Shown piece by piece: positions 1 to 10,499 of a DNA stretch of 64,000 bases. Position numbers and translations under genes: made by a program. The stretch is from positions 5,272,001 to 5,336,000 of the forward strand of contig CM052818.1 of NCBI GenBank assembly GCA_028534125.1, written 5' to 3'. Under the pieces are notes generated by a model, which had not been told where the DNA came from, searched no databases, and was given only the letters and a program-made list of their open reading frames with translations. Each line of letters begins with the position of its first letter. Position 1 is the stretch's first letter. The stretch is from Lama glama. Its lineage: Eukaryota.

Positions 1-1290
1 ACAGAATGTAAATATTACCCAGACTAGTATAAATTCAATGAAATTTCATTGAAAAAAATCTAATGGAAACACTTATTAACATAAAAAAATTGTTTACAAA
101 ATACATTTGGAAAAGCAAAAGGGTAGGAATAGTCAAAATTTGGAACAAAAATTCAAATGGGAGGGAGAAGACTTTTGGATGTTAAAGTAAATCATAACAT
201 TTCAGTAATTAAAACAATGTTGATTAACCAGATAGATCAGTGAAACAAAAGAGATGGCCCAGATCCTTATCAATATGGCAATTTAATGTATCATAGAGGA
301 GTCATTCTAAATCAGAAAGCAGAGGACTTAATAGAAAGTGTTGACACAATTACATATACATGGAATGTTATAATGTTCAATCTCTAGAATATATTCTGGA
401 TGGATTCATTTCTAACAAACATAGTACAAAATAATAAACCTGCTAGAAAAGAGGAGACTGCTTTCTCTTATTGTGGTAGGTTGCAGCTTTCTTTAAAAAA
501 ATAATCATCATAAGCCGTAAAAGATGAAATTGACAAGTTTGACCATGAACAAAGTAAACATCTCTATAAATAAATAGATATTATAAACAAAGAAAAAAGC
601 AAAGCATGGAGTGGGGAATTTATCTGTGACATAGATAGATATATAACATAAATAGGATATAAACAGACGAAGCACAGAAATAGAGCTATTTATTAAATAT
701 GTAGCCAAGCTTTATCCCTAATATTTTATTTATTTATAAATTAATAGTTATTTATAAATAAATAGTGACCAGTAATAGATGCTAAGTCTCATTAGAGACT
801 GGGACAACAGATTAGCTCTCCTGTTAGTTTTAGCCTATAAAAATAAGGAAAATAAAATTGAAAAGAGAGTTGATAACATTTAGTGTTAGGAAAAATTGAG
901 AAAACAATTTTTCACACATTGGTGGCTGGAGTATAAAAAAATTCTGGAAGGATATTTTGTAAATCGATCAAATTTTAAACTAGTCTTTGAATCATATGCT
1001 CCAAGTCTAGGCATACATCTTTGATACACAAGCACATAAAGATGAATGTGCAAGTATGTTTATTGCAGTGCCTTTAATAATGCCAAAAACTGGAGAAAAC
1101 TTACATTTGCAACTATCAGAAATGGTTAAATAAACGGTACATTCACAATAGGAAATATCATATTTGGAGACAGACCCACAATCTATTGCTGAGTGGAAAA
1201 CAAATCAGTTACAAAACAAGACGTGTTTGATTATTTATACTCGTTCAAAAAAACATATACTTTTTAAGTGTGTAGAAAATGGGCCAGAAA
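1..1290 (+). mobile_element. Ancient degraded LINE-1 (L1M-type), ORF2 C-terminal region into 3' UTR
   Basis: A-rich strand with L1 hallmarks: 'aaattcaatgaaat...catttggaaaagcaaaagggtaggaatagtcaaa', 'cacacattggtggctggagtataaa', 'atgtttattgcagtgcctttaataatgccaaaaactgga'. No intact ORF. Confidence 0.8.
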
Positions 1291-1974
1291 TTTAAAAAAA
1301 GCTAAGTTCTCATCAGTGCATTTCTTCAGGAAGGATGTGTATTGGAGGAGTATGAAGAGAGAGCGTTCTTTCACCGTTTTTTATTCCATTTTGGATTTTT
1401 ATACATTCCCCACCCCCACCCCTCAACACAAAAACAGTTTTAGAAATAGTGTGCTATGTGCTTCTGGAGAAAACTTTTATCTTAAAAAGAGAAAATGCTA
1501 TGAAAGCAAAAGGAGGAAAGGAAAAGGAGAGGGAGAAAACAGGAAGAAAAGGAGGAAAAGAAAGATGGATGGGGAGGGGTCAGTGCACTGCGGAGAGGAG
1601 GAGAAACAGCAGATGTGAGAGATTTGGAGACCGAAGGATAAGGCAACAGAGACAGCTGAGTAATGAGACATGAGGAGGGCCAAACCTTCTTAGCTAATAT
1701 GCTTGCACCCTGGAAAGGGGGCCTTACCCTGAGCTCCACATGTGAGAGGGACCCACGTGTCACAAACACACACGTGAGAAATACGCGGAGGAACTCACAG
1801 GTGTTCTGTTGCTCAGGATCTGATGTCCAGTCTGATGGCCCAGTGTGACCCTACGCATCCACGCCTGCAACACCACTGCTGAAGCCCCAGGGCGGGAAAC
1901 GCTTCTCCACATCTATTCCTTATGTCTTTAAAACAAAACGCAGCTTGCATCTGAATGCCAGGCAGGTCTGTGGG

Positions 1975-3094
1975 TAGGGCTGTTGCTGACCTCAGAGGCA
2001 GCCACTGCATCAAGTACAAGGACTCTTTAAGAACTAAATCATTTACTGAAGAGAAGATAAGTTAATTAACTTGTCAAATCCTTCCTCTAAGATAGGATGC
2101 ACGCAATAGATTCTTGCAGAACAATGTACCATTTCCAAGCGTCCATTTTCTTACTTTCCTTTATTTTCCAATTTTCTAATTCCTTCAACTTAACGGTTTT
2201 GGAAAAAGAGTGCAGCATTTAGGACGTTTGCACATGATGGCCAAAGGAACATTTTTCAGCATTAAATAAGTCACAATTTTCTTAAATATGTGTATGTATG
2301 TCTGTGTATGTTCCTACATGTAACATGCATGAAATATACTGCCAATTCCTTCTATGAGTGTGTAAATATAGATATTGCTTTAAAAGATGATGAAAATTGC
2401 AGTATGTGTTAATGATTTAAGCTAAAAAATTATAATAATTTCTGACAATAATAATTCATCATAAGCAATCCATTTAAATATTCAAACATGATAGACAAGA
2501 TTCCTATTCAATTTATAAATCTCAGTGTTGCAGTGTCTCAGTGCAGTTTAAGATGCTGCTGCCACCGGAGTGAAATTTCTGAAACCAAAATTAATAAAAT
2601 ATTGAAATTAGTAAACTGAAATTAATCAAGCTACCATGAGTCACAAAAGGTTGTCAAATTTGGCATTATTGCCAGTAGTACATAAATTATGCAAAAATCT
2701 TGATTATTGTAACATAATCAGTGATTCTGCTGAAATGAAGGTAAGAAATGTCTTTTATGAAAAATATATAATAATTGGTGAATTATTTATGTCTTGGTAT
2801 CATTACTCATCCAATATCACTGTCCCATCAGTAGAACAGTCAGGCATGAAATAATAATTGAAGACACTAGTCTTTCATATTTTACCAACTTTCAAGGATA
2901 TGTAAACTTTAGCTTTATATCTTTCTATTTTGTGTTATAAATGGACACAGGCAAGGTTGGAGAGGTTTAGACAAAATATATCTTTTTTACAGTCTGCTAA
3001 CTTAATTTGGATCCTTTAACTATTGAATCCTAAAGTGCATGGTCCTCCATTTGCACTCCTGACCCAGGCTCTGCAAATTTCAGGCACGGACCTT
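1975..3094 (+). mobile_element. hAT DNA transposon fossil (Zaphod/hAT-Tip100-like) with transposase dimerisation-domain remnant
   Basis: ORF 2636-2854 begins MSHKRLSNLALLPVVHKLCKNLDYCNIISDSAEMKVR, resembling the hAT C-terminal MSQERLSNLALLSIE...IISDFAEMKARK. Upstream remnants read INLSVA and KLIK. The 3' end 'cctccatttgcactcctgacccaggctctgcaaatttcaggcacggacc' is Zaphod/MER115-like. The 5' boundary is uncertain. Confidence 0.65.
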
Positions 3095-3457
3095 TTACCA
3101 GTTTCTTCGCAGTTGAAGCCTTCTCTCTAGCCTTCTTCCTTTCATCTGCCGCTCTGCACTGCACACAGCCAAGCACGCTGTTCATCTTCTGATGCTCCAT
3201 CCACTGGGCTGGATGATTTACCATTCTCGCTCCTAAGATTCCCATATTAACTGCTCAAATGTGTAGGCTTAGCAAGACAGTGACGTCAAGTCTTTTCTGG
3301 ACTATAGATTTAAGGCAGAAGAAGTTGAGCTATTTCCCCCTTAGCCTCCCAAAAAAGACAAATAAGAATTTATATTCTAGTCATCTTGGGATTTTTTTCC
3401 CCAAGGAACTGTTAATAGGCTATTGTTTTTAAGGTCTAACATCACTTAAAAAAAAAA

Positions 3458-3960
3458 CTATTTTCCAAACGCGGCCACATCTCCTGTGCTCCTTCTGCAA
3501 TGTGACTGCTTTAACAATTGGATCTGGTGGAAGTGACACCGTGACATTTCCACGCAGAGCCATTAGCTGGCCTGGTAACCATTTCACTAGTCAGTCTCCT
3601 GCTTCTTAGAATATTCAGTGTTAGAACACTGTCTTCTTTTGGAGCAAAGTCCCTGTGCTATGAGAAGCCCAAACCACGGGGAGATGCCACGTGTTGGCGG
3701 TCTGGCCGCCAGCCAGACCACTCCCAGCTGACAGCCAGTATCAACCACCAGTGGCAAGAGTGAGTCATCTTGGACGGACAGCCCAGATGAGCTCCCTGTG
3801 AAAGCAGCTTTGTCATCTTCTGAGGGCAACCTCATGAAAATCACCAAGCGGGGATTGTTCATGGGTCTCATCAACCCACAGCACCAAGAAAGGAATGAAT
3901 AAATTGCTGTTTTAAGTTTTGGAGTGGTTTGTGACCAAGCCAGTAGATAATCGTATCACA
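3458..3960 (+). mobile_element. MaLR solo LTR (MLT1G/H-like)
   Basis: 'tgtgctatgagaagcccaaacc', 'cagccagtatcaaccacc', and MLT1-type 3' end 'aataaattgctgttttaagttttggagtggtttgtgac...agtagataatc'. Confidence 0.75.
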
Positions 3961-5247
3961 AGGTTTGAACTGAGGATTGGAGTAACCTGTAAGATGGGTT
4001 AAGCTTGAGTCCAGTGGAAGGGAAGACTTGAGCCTACTCCGAGGTGACAACTCTGAGGACAAAGCATCTGAAGAATGGGTACACAGGAAGCCAAACTACA
4101 TTAGTCTCAGGAAGGTAATGAGCTTTTTACCAGCACACTGGTGGGAAGAGAAAGCTTAGACTGGCGATTGCTGGAAATAGGTGTGGCTCGTGAGCTGGGC
4201 AGGAACACCTCAATTGCAGAAGGAGAATTTTGTGTCAATTGCTGAAGGCAGACCCTGGGATAGTTGGGTCTGACCCCCTGTTTCCTGTCTGCCCCACAGT
4301 TTCACCGAAGGCATAGTTTCCTGGGAGAAAAAGGTTGAAAGCCACAATCTTTAAAAAAAATACATATATATTAAAAGATGAAAAAGAATGTGTTCGTCAA
4401 CATGGGCACGTATCCGAGGCTTGTCATTCAAGGATAATTAGACCTCAGTGAGGAGGATAAAAAACAATACCCTTATCAGACAGCTGTGGGCTTTTTCCCT
4501 AGAAATTGGTTTAGGGGAGAAATGTGACCTCTTAAAACTAGTATCAACCACGCTAGCATCTCTCTCAACTACATAAATACCAAAACTAAGGGGAGAGACC
4601 TCAGGGTAAAAAAAAATGCATAACGTGTCATAGGGGATTATTTCCTTTTCATTTGTAAGAAGTCAGACAAGATTAATATCTGCCTTAACCCAAAAATGAT
4701 AGTGTTAAGCAAGGGCTCTCCCAGTTCCCCTGATCCTAGCTGCGCTAAGCGACATCGTGGATGAATACTGATAAGGCCAAAATGACATTTCTCTGGAATG
4801 TGAACTGTTTTTGCTCCCAGCTAAAGAAGTGTAGGGAATCTGGCAGAAGGGGAAGAACTGTACACCCTTGAAGATGATGACAAGCTTAGGTTGACGTCAG
4901 GGTCTCACGCTCTTGCCTGAGGGGAAGAAAGGAAGGATGGAGATGAGGTGGGAAATTTATCCGACTCCACTGAGGCCTGAACTGAAAATTCAATTCTCTA
5001 GATTTTGAATATGGGCTCACTTTTGTTCTCCGGATATTGGAGTGTGCTTCACACTGTATGAACATTCTTTGGTGTCTCATGAAATCATGGCGACCTGAGA
5101 CTGGTCCCAATCTCAATTCATTTGCAAGACTAGCATTACATTTTATTGTGAAAATGTCCTCTTAACTTTTCTTATTCTCATGGCTGCAGTTTCTGTGGGC
5201 TGGAAAATTTTATTTTATCTCCTCCTCCTCCCCATGTACACACGTGT

Positions 5248-5276
5248 ACACACACACACACACACACACACGCACA
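5248..5276. repeat. (CA)n microsatellite
   Basis: Direct reading of the tract. Confidence 0.95.
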
Positions 5277-5552
5277 ATGTCGACTCTGGTAGGGCTTGCA
5301 AGATGTCCAAAGAAAATGAAAGCAAAAATCTCCGGGCGAAAAAAAAAATCCTATAGTATATGGATGGATGTAAAAGATAGTATGATACAGTAATAGAAAT
5401 AGTTTCAAAAACAAGCGTTAACGCTCTTTCTCCCTTGTCTTTGTGCAAACCTCATATCATCCTTGGGTAGTGATTAGCACCAGTTTTCTCTAATTGACTC
5501 CTGCCATCTCCCACCAGAGCTAGGTTGCAATAGCTTGAAACTGATCTACTGA

Positions 5553-5666
5553 ATCTGAAAAAGTTATTTATATATATATATATATAAAAAAATAACTGAA
5601 TCACTTTGCTGTACACCTGAAACTAACACAACATTGTAAAGCAACTATACTTCAATTAAAAAAAAA
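5553..5666 (+). mobile_element. 5'-truncated L1 3' end with TSD
   Basis: 'ataactgaatcactttgctgtacacctgaaactaacacaacattgtaaagcaactatacttcaattaaaaaaaaa'. Flanking direct repeat tgatctactga at 5542-5552 and 5667-5677. Confidence 0.9.
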
Positions 5667-5829
5667 TGATCTACTGACCCAAGTGGTCAATACAAAGTAG
5701 TCTCAGTCCTGGACTGAGCAATTTCTAGAAGCGTATTATTTACCTAAAGGTAATGAAAGTTCTTAAAGGTGTAGGAGAGTTATTTACTTATAAGTTAGTT
5801 TATAATGTACTGCACCACACTCTGTAGAA

Positions 5830-6205
5830 CCAGACTGGGGCCCAACTGACAGTGTTTGAATCCCAGGTGTTACTAGTTATAAAATCTTGGACAAGATACT
5901 TATTTATTTATTTTTAAAATTTTTGTAGGTGGGGGGAGGTAATTAGGTTTACTTATTTTTTAGAGGAGATACTGGGGATTGAACCCAGGACCTTGTGCAT
6001 GCTAAGCATATGCTCTACCACTTGAGCTACACCCTTGCTCAAGATACTTATTGAAACTCTCTGTGTCTCAGTTTTCCCATCTGGAAACTGAGGATGATAA
6101 TGACAGTACCAACCTCAGGGCTCTGTTATATGTATTAAAATAATGAATGTATGTTAAGCATTTGGAGCTGTGTCTGGCTTATAGCAAGCGCTATGTGTTT
6201 GTTAA
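5830..6205 (+). mobile_element. MIR SINE interrupted by a younger SINE
   Basis: 'tttgaatcccagg...tcttggacaag' resumes after the insert as the MIR core 'ctctctgtgtctcagttttcccatctggaaactgaggatgataat'. Confidence 0.8.
5905..6039 (-). mobile_element. Camelid tRNA-derived SINE (Vic-1-like), long-tail form
   Basis: The reverse complement reads tagctcaagtggtagagcatatgcttagcatgcacaaggtcctgggttcaatccccagtatctcc (Pol III A and B boxes) plus an 'aaacctaattacctcccccc' tail. 13-bp TSD caagatacttatt at 5892-5904 and 6040-6052. Confidence 0.92.
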
Positions 6206-6654
6206 GTAAAAACCCTATCTACCTAATAAAATTAGATAAATAAACTCTTGTGATGTGCTAAGGATAGTGCTTGGCATACAGGAAGTACCACGTGCGTTCA
6301 CCAATATTATACAAATCAGAAAACACTACATTGTCTGGCAGCCACACACTGCATTGGTGTTGGGAGAGGAAGGGATACCAAAACAATGAATAGGACAGAA
6401 AATTGACCTCCATTTTGCATGTACTATGTCCCAGGCACCTCATTACCCACCAACATTTATAATATCTCTGCCAGCTTGCTCTAGAACCAAAAAAGGCATA
6501 TCTATAGCAATTTTAATAGGAGGAGATAAAAGTCAGAAAGCAGAACCATAATGTGAGCCATGAGAGCAAGAAGCAAGCGAGGCCTGGAAAACTCAGTTTT
6601 GTCAGACACCAAAATTCAAACTTATTCTGCTAGATTTCACTGTCTTTCAGAGTT

Positions 6655-6990
6655 TGGGTCCTCAGGGAGCTAACAATTTAATAGCATCGATAAATACACA
6701 TAAATAATTATGGGCATATGGCATCATGACAGATGTCTGAGCAAAAATATAAGGCATATGTGAGCAAAGCAAAGGGAGAGGCATCTGATTGGTGAGGATG
6801 GAGGGAGGGCTTTAGAAGAAAAGATGGCACTGAATCTTAACGTCATTCTCAACAGGATTCCTCCAGTAACAATGAGCACTGGCTACAGCGCACGCTCGGC
6901 CTCGAGCATCAGGTCCCACCAAGAGCAGGATGTAGCAGGAGACATGGGAGGTGAGAACACTGAAGCTGAGGGTGGTGAACAGGGAGAAGG
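6655..6990 (-). mobile_element. L2 fragment
   Basis: 'cctcagggagctaacaatttaa...agggagggctttagaagaaaagatggcactgaatctt' resembles antisense L2. Confidence 0.55.
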
Positions 6991-7211
6991 GAAAAGACCA
7001 GGATGAAAGCTGGCTGTCATCGTGGAAAACTTCACCAACAAACATTTCTGCCTTGGAATCCTCAGGTAGAAATATGTTGAACACCTTGGAGGATGGAGCT
7101 GAACACAAATCTGTGCTTTCTCAGACTTGACTGCCTGTCTCTCTGCAAAGATGTTACTTGCCTCCTGGCCCACTATGGTCTTGATGACTTTGCTGGTCTC
7201 CTCGGTCTGGC

Positions 7212-7735
7212 TGTAGTCTGAGTTGAACACCCAGGACTTCACGACCTTTCACCCCTCATGCCAAATCCTGTCGGTGCTGAGACGACTCCCCACTTCTAAA
7301 GGTCAAGGAAACACCACATTGAGAGGCTTGGGGTCTGGCTGCCTGTGCAGCTGCCGAGGGGCTGAGGGACGTAGCCCAGCAGGGTGGGGAGTTAGCTCTC
7401 TGTGGGGGAAACTTTGACCAATGAAAAACAGGAGCTGGGAGGGAGCGGAGCAAGTAAGTTCCCTTGTTCATCTTCCTCCTCCGGGCTACTCTGAGGTGCT
7501 GTTGCTCCCGAGTGCCTGGCAGACATGCTGAGGAAGCTGGTGTGTCTCACTGAAGTCCACCAGGAAGCAGGCGTCACCTCAGTTGCCCACAGCATTGCAC
7601 TGCTTTGTCTCTATCCTTGCCTGGCTTCTCATTTTATCCTCCTCCACCATGGGCTTCTGCTTCTCAAATATAAAGGATAAACACTTTCATCCTTGCCTCG
7701 GCCTCTGCTTCCTAGAGGACCTGGGCTAAAAAAAG
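7212..7735 (+). mobile_element. ERVL solo LTR (LTR16-like)
   Basis: 'ggggagttagc...gaccaatg...ggagctgg', 'cagttgcccacagc' and end 'atccttgcctcggcctctgcttcctagaggacctgggctaa' match LTR16-type landmarks. The 5' boundary is approximate. Confidence 0.65.
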
Positions 7736-8039
7736 AACAATGTGTCTGAATACGTGTCTTTTATTCTTTCATTCCGTGGCACGTCTTACTGTGTGCTCTA
7801 AAAATCCTGAAAAGTTTTGTAAGGAGAATTTATTCAAATTCAAAACTGTAGACCAAGCCACAGAGTTCTCTGGAGCATTTATGCACCATTTGACTCAAAA
7901 TACTGGTTAAAGATACAGAGTTCACATCTGCTAGATCCTAGGAGCATTCTTGAGAAGGACCACAGCTAACTCTCTCTGGTTGGCATTGTTAGTGCTTTCG
8001 TAGGTATTTTTGGAGTAATACAGAGAGATTCACAGATTT

Positions 8040-8915
8040 GTTTACTCACTCATTGATTCATCAATAATTTGTTAAATTCTTAACATGCACTAGGGTTGCC
8101 GAAACACAACCTCCATACCCTGCTTACCAAACTGAGACTTGAGGACAGAGTTTTGCATGAAGTAGGAAAGGCAGCTTTCTTTCTTTGCTAGGCAAAGAAG
8201 GTCACAGCAGGCTAATGCCTCTAAGACTGTGAGCCTGCTGGGGAGAGGGGGCAGAGGGTTTTATAGTAAAAGTTCAAGAGTTCAAGGGGTGGGGCTAGTT
8301 TCCATACATGGTAACCAATTATTGCCAGGTTGCTTTTGTTTCACAGATGGGTGGTCCCCTTCCCTCTGCTGGGTATGAAGTTCACCTCTGGCTTTGGGAC
8401 CCTCTTGATATTCTTGTACCTAGAACAAAGGGTGCATAGGAAGGGGCTCCGTGGAAAAGAGCTCTAGAGAAAAAATTGTGCAGTTTAAAGTCGGGTGGAT
8501 AAATGTTTTTAGCCTTTTAAGCAGGCTGAGGCCTGGGACCTCCAGCCGCAGGTGGAGGCCTGCAGCTCGAACAACAGGATACAAGGAAACCACAAGAGGT
8601 CAAATACAACTGCAGGCATGTTGGGGTGAGTTATGAACAAGATGCACAAAACACCCCACTGCTGTTTCCAAGGAGGGCACTGGGGGTAAAACAAGGACCC
8701 TGAGCATGATTCCTGCATGCAGCCCCACAAGGGGCTTAGGTGGACCCCCAGGCCTCCCTCCTCTCCCGGCTAATGCTGGTCAGCAAGAGCATGAGGAAAA
8801 CCCTTTAAACTATTATAAATGTAAGCAGTTACAAACACCATTACAGACATCAGATGGTCACTAATGACATTAGAGTCCTACTTGGTTACACTAGAACTGC
8901 CTAAGTATTGAGGTA
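8040..8915 (-). mobile_element. L2 3' end split by an LTR insertion
   Basis: 'tcactcattgattcatcaataatttgttaaattcttaacatgcactag' continues after the LTR as 'aactgcctaagtattgagg', matching the antisense L2 terminus. Confidence 0.6.
8094..8890 (-). mobile_element. ERV1-class solo LTR (about 797 bp)
   Basis: The minus strand starts TGTAACCAAGTAGG and ends TTCGGCAACC. 4-bp TSD ctag at 8090-8093 and 8891-8894. TATA-like ctataaaa on the minus strand near 8259-8266. Confidence 0.8.
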
Positions 8916-8926
8916 GATAGAGGGGA

Positions 8927-8978
8927 GTGTGTATGTGTGTGTGTGAGTGAGTGTGTGTGTGTGTGTGTGTATGTGTGT
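8927..8978. repeat. Imperfect (TG)n microsatellite
   Basis: Direct reading. Confidence 0.95.
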
Positions 8979-10074
8979 ACATGCTTACTCATAGATCAAC
9001 CCTAGGGAATTTATCATCAAAGACTTAAAATAAGACATCAGAGTCAAAATCTACAAATAGACCATGTAAAATCAATTTGTTGTTCACAACCTTAGCATTT
9101 ATATTTGCTTAGAAGTTGCAAAAGCAGATACCAGTGATACTGCAGTTTTAGTTCGACTTTTTTGACACCAATGTCATCAACTAAAAAGGGAAAAAAACAT
9201 GCAATCACGTAAATGGTAGTTAAAGCACACGACAGTAAGTTATCTGTTTAATTTCTAGCCTTTGTATTAGCTGATGAGTTTGAACTTGCTCAGAGCGTAT
9301 ATATAAAATAAATATTTTCAAGTTTTTTTTCCTATTTTTTTCTCTTTCTCTTTTTGGAAAGTAGAACTCAATTCCCTTACCTTTCCTCTCTTGATTGTCG
9401 CTGAGTTTTTCCTGGAACTAATAAAATCAGATTCTTTGCTTTACCTTTTCTTGGTATTACTGGCTTCCTGGCTTTGTGTAGCCCGGATACTCTGATATTG
9501 CCATGGGTCAGGCTATTATTATATTTACAGTGATTTTGCTAGAGGAGGAAAATATTGATGATCCTAGAAGAAGAACAGAAATGAAAAAGACTAGCTCTGC
9601 TTCTTTGGGGGTAAGATGTGAGTTTTGAATCAGCAGAAAAGCAAAATCATAAAGGCAGTCTCCTGAAAAAAAATCTCCATTTCAGATTGCTCTTTTCTTT
9701 CCCTCTATGAGCCTCCCCCAGCCTTCACGGACGGGCTTGGGCCGAATGAGAGGCAAAAAGTAGCATTAAAACATGTCAGTCATCCATGTGAGACAAGAAA
9801 ATATGAAGCAGAACTACCTGAAGATATGTGCTGCTGTCCACTGCACTGCTGCTCAGAGTCGTCTGTCAACTATTCCTTATCAGATGTGGTTAGTTAAGGA
9901 GCGTGGACAGAAGACGAACCCAACTATGTCACCAAGCGCACTGTTTGGTTTAGTTGCCCTTTTTCCATGGTAAGAGTTTCTGGAAGTGAGTACTATGCTG
10001 ATTTACGCTCTGACACAAGCATCTTATTTCGTCAAGTAACGTGGCTTACTGACTTTCACTGACTTAGAAATTGA

Positions 10075-10450
10075 TCGAGACTGTCTTGTTACACTGCAGC
10101 AACAAGCAACCCTCGCATCTCAGTGGCTTACCCTAACCCAACCACAATTTGCCATGGTATGCACGCTCTTCACCTCAAGCAGGTTGATAGGGCTTGGCTC
10201 CACCCAGACAAGTAGGGACAGGGCTATTGGAGACCTCTATCTTGTAGCTGACCTTTCTGAAATAGATGGTCTCTTCGTTTCCCAGGACAAGAGGGACAAC
10301 AGAAAACCTGTAAGGAATCAACCACAGAAGTGACACATGCCACTTCCATTCCCAGTCCCTTGGCCAGAACTAGCCAGAAGGCCCTACCTAACCGCAAAGA
10401 GGATGGAAAATGGTGGGAGCAAATTGCATGGTTGGTGAACACCAAGTCAG
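10075..10450 (-). mobile_element. MaLR LTR (MLT1J/K-like)
   Basis: 'gcagcaacaagcaaccctcgcatctcagtggctta', 'agaagtgacacatgccacttccattcccagtcccttggccagaactag'. Confidence 0.75.
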
Positions 10451-10499
10451 CTCATGTGATGCTGGAATTCTAAAGGCATCCATCATAGATTTCACGTCT

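Noticed and set aside
1268..1769. Overlapping ORFs of 61-116 aa
   Set aside because: They result from a purine-rich low-complexity tract and repeat remnants, with no recognisable domain.
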